Assembly (NCBI RefSeq): GCF_035084215.1
Contig: NC_090363.1
Span: forward strand, 2,604,001-2,652,996
Origin: Heptranchias perlo
Taxonomy: Eukaryota
Length of the DNA: 48,996 nucleotides
Direction of reading: 5' to 3'
In this document: piece after piece, positions 45,780 to 48,996 of the stretch
Layout of the letters: every line of letters begins with the position of its first letter
How positions within the stretch are numbered: position 1 is the stretch's first letter
Made by a program: the position numbers and the translations under genes
The notes under the pieces: model-generated
Databases searched by the model: none
Seen by the model: only the letters and a program-made list of their open reading frames with translations
Told to the model about the DNA's origin: nothing

Positions 45780-46865
45780 ATACGAAATTGGCTAAGTAAC
45801 AGGAAACAGAGAGTAGTGGTGAAACGGTTGTTTTTCGGACTGGAGGGAGGTGTACAGTGGTGTTCCCCGGGTGTCAGTGCTGGGACCACTGCTTTTCTTG
45901 ATATATATTAATGACTTGGACTTGGGTGTACAGGGCACAATTTCCAAATTTACAGATGACACAAAACTTGGGAGTGTAGTGAACAGTGAGGAGGATAGTG
46001 ATAGACTTCAAGAGGATATAGACAGGCTGGTGGAATGGGCGGACACGTGGCAGATGAAATTTAACGCAGAAAAGTGCAAAGTGATACATTTTAGTAGGAA
46101 GAACGAGGAGAAGCAATATAAACTAAATGGTACAATTCTAAAGGGGGTACAGGAACAGAGAGACCTGGGGGTATATGTGCACAAATCATTGACAGTGGCA
46201 GGACAGGTTGAGAAAGCGGTTAAAAAAGCATACGGGATCCTGGACTTTATAAATAAAGTCCTAGAGTACAAAAGCAAGGAAGTTATGATGAACCTTTATA
46301 AAACACTGGTTTGGGCCACAGTTGGAGTATTGTGTCCAATTCTGGGCTCCGCACTTTAGGAAAGATGTGAAGGCCTTGGAGAGGGTGCAGAAAAGATTTA
46401 CTAGAATAGTTCCAGGGATGAGGGACTTCAGTTATGGAGAAGCTGGGGTTGTTCTCCTTAGAGCAGAGAAGGTTAAGAGGAGATATTTTAGAGGTATTCA
46501 AAATCATGAAGGGTTTAGATAAAGTAAATAAAGAGAAACCATTCCATTGGTGGAAGGGTCGAGAACCAGAGGACACAGATTTAAGGTGATTGCAAAAGAA
46601 CCAAAGGCGATGTGAGGAAAAACTTTTTTACACAGTGAGTAGTTATGATCTGGAATGCGCTGCCTGAAAGGGTGGTTGAAGCAGATTCAGTCATGGCTTT
46701 CAAAAAGGGATTGGATAAATACTTGAAGGGAAAAAATTTGCAGGGCTACGGGGAAAGGGCAGGGGAATGGGACTAACTGGATTGCTCTCACAAAGAGCCA
46801 GCACGGGCTCGATGGGCCGAATGGCCACCTTCTGTGCTGTAACCATTCCATAATTCTATGATTCC
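45780..46865 (+). mobile_element. 5'-truncated CR1 LINE with RT core, frameshifted (non-functional)
   Basis: SGVP..SVLGPLLFLIYINDL...SKFTDDTKL (FADD-equivalent), WQMKFNAEKC, frameshift near 46320, (ATTCTATG) tail. Confidence 0.9.
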
Positions 46866-47239
46866 AAGCTTCAGTCACCTGTCCTAATGTCTCTTTATGT
46901 GGCTCAGTGTCAAATTTAGTTTGATAATCGCTCCTGTGAAGAGTCCTGGGACGTTTTACTACGTTGAAAGTGCTGTATAATTGGAGATTGTTGTTAGGGG
47001 TCACATAGGCCTCACACATGGAAATGTGCGCAGAGTGGGAGACAGGGCTGGAGGCGAGAGGAATATCTTGCCCGGTGGATACACATCCCATTGGAAAATC
47101 CAGGCCATTCTTTCCAATCAAATGGTCTTTGAGATGGTGAGCGACGTCCTCCTGGATAGATGAGAGTCTTCAGAAGTTCGGGAGGGAGAAGAATAGGCAT
47201 TCCCCAGGAGCGTGTTAGTGGTACCGTCCTGGGAAGTCT

Positions 47240-47790
47240 CTATTTACAGGGGGTCCCCGGAGTGTGTCGCTATTTACAGGGGGTCCCCGGGAGTGTGTCA
47301 GTATTTACAGGGGGTCCCGGGAGTGTGTCGGTATTTACAGGGGGTCCCCGGGACTGTGTCGGTATTTAGAGGGGTCCCCGGGAGTGTGTCGGTATTTAGA
47401 GGGGGTCCCGGGAGTGTGTCGCTATTTACAGGGGGTCCCCGGGAGTGTGTCAGTATTTACAGGGGGTCCCCGGGAGTGTGTCAGTATTTACAGGGGGCCC
47501 CCGGGAGTGTGTCAGTATTACAGGGGGCCCCCGGGAGTGTGTCGGTATTTACAGGGGGTCCCGGGAGTGTGTCAGTATTTACAGGGGGTCCCCGGGAGTG
47601 TGTCGGTATTTACAGGGGGTCCCCGGGAGTGTGTCGGTATTTACAGGGGGTCCCCGGGAGTGTGTCGGTATTTACAGGGGTCCCCGGAGTGTGTCGGTAT
47701 TTACAGGGGGTCCCCGGGAGTGTGTCGGTATTTACAGGGGGTCCCGGGAGTGTGTCGGTAATTACAGGGGGTCCCGGGAGTGTGTCGGTC
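47240..47790. repeat. ~31-bp minisatellite (~18 copies)
   Basis: Unit TATTTACAGGGGGTCCCCGGGAGTGTGTCGG. Confidence 0.93.
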
Positions 47791-47903
47791 TACCCACCCT
47801 CTTTTTATCCCCCCCCCCATTTCCCATTCCCCCCCCCCCCCCCCCGGTACGGTCAGTAGTGCAGAAAAGACCTCCCCAACACACTCTCGGACTGTTCTTG
47901 CTG

Positions 47904-47970
47904 CCTGACCCTGACCCTGACCCTGACCCTGACCCTGACCCTGACCCAGACCCAGACCCTGACCCTGACC
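47904..47970. repeat. (CCCTGA)n hexamer microsatellite = (TCAGGG)n on - strand
   Basis: ~11 copies, two with the CCCAGA variant. Confidence 0.9.
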
Positions 47971-48196
47971 CAGGCCACACCCTGCAGGCTCGGGTACATC
48001 GCCCTTTGTCACTTGCAGTAACAGGGCCCGGGAGGGAGAGTCCAAAGTGGCCTCCGATAACTCCCACGCCACAGGCCTGTGCTGCACATCATTTCCGGCT
48101 GAAAAATTGCAGAACCTCACACGGAGCTCAGCTGCAGACTGACTGATAACCCCACCCAAGATCTGTTAGTGTTACAGAGAGAGAGAGGGGCAGAGA

Positions 48197-48969
48197 NNNN
48201 NNNNNNNNNNNNNNNNNNNNNNNNNNNNNNNNNNNNNNNNNNNNNNNNNNNNNNNNNNNNNNNNNNNNNNNNNNNNNNNNNNNNNNNNNNNNNNNNNNNN
48301 NNNNNNNNNNNNNNNNNNNNNNNNNNNNNNNNNNNNNNNNNNNNNNNNNNNNNNNNNNNNNNNNNNNNNNNNNNNNNNNNNNNNNNNNNNNNNNNNNNNN
48401 NNNNNNNNNNNNNNNNNNNNNNNNNNNNNNNNNNNNNNNNNNNNNNNNNNNNNNNNNNNNNNNNNNNNNNNNNNNNNNNNNNNNNNNNNNNNNNNNNNNN
48501 NNNNNNNNNNNNNNNNNNNNNNNNNNNNNNNNNNNNNNNNNNNNNNNNNNNNNNNNNNNNNNNNNNNNNNNNNNNNNNNNNNNNNNNNNNNNNNNNNNNN
48601 NNNNNNNNNNNNNNNNNNNNNNNNNNNNNNNNNNNNNNNNNNNNNNNNNNNNNNNNNNNNNNNNNNNNNNNNNNNNNNNNNNNNNNNNNNNNNNNNNNNN
48701 NNNNNNNNNNNNNNNNNNNNNNNNNNNNNNNNNNNNNNNNNNNNNNNNNNNNNNNNNNNNNNNNNNNNNNNNNNNNNNNNNNNNNNNNNNNNNNNNNNNN
48801 NNNNNNNNNNNNNNNNNNNNNNNNNNNNNNNNNNNNNNNNNNNNNNNNNNNNNNNNNNNNNNNNNNNNNNNNNNNNNNNNNNNNNNNNNNNNNNNNNNNN
48901 NNNNNNNNNNNNNNNNNNNNNNNNNNNNNNNNNNNNNNNNNNNNNNNNNNNNNNNNNNNNNNNNNNNNN
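48197..48969. other. Assembly gap (other gaps at 14536-14700, 43493-43656, 43677-43843)
   Basis: Runs of N. Confidence 1.
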
Positions 48970-48996
48970 AGAGGTAGAGGCAGAGAGAGAGAGAGA

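Noticed and set aside
47212-48159. Collagen-like or GS/DP-repeat ORFs
   Set aside because: Translations of the 31-bp minisatellite and the CCCTGA microsatellite.

Overview
Repeat-dense vertebrate genomic DNA. The SINE, CR1, L2 and Penelope families point to a cartilaginous fish (shark). Two intron-containing genes can be rebuilt by hand with every splice phase consistent, and they lie head-to-head. (1) Minus strand, 15350->2952: a 7-exon, ~527-aa secreted olfactomedin-like-2 protein (signal peptide, two CxCxC motifs, coiled coil, short Pro/Thr linker, olfactomedin domain). It mixes OLFML2A-like and OLFML2B-like residues and may be a third paralogue. (2) Plus strand, 23426->41253: an 11-coding-exon, ~495-aa butyrophilin (signal, IgV, IgC, TM, six 21/27-nt stalk micro-exons, B30.2/PRY-SPRY). 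It has a candidate IRF/ETS promoter and non-coding first exon at ~19.1 kb and a solo LTR just 3' of the stop. Non-coding highlights: Penelope-derived minimal hammerhead ribozyme motifs (one pair inside a 94-bp-arm palindrome), a pre-miRNA-like hairpin, a 46-bp inverted templated copy, and several minisatellites, some expanded from inside SINE/LINE copies. Most ORFs in the supplied track are repeat-derived. Four N gaps are present. Comparisons with human proteins are from memory, not from a database search.
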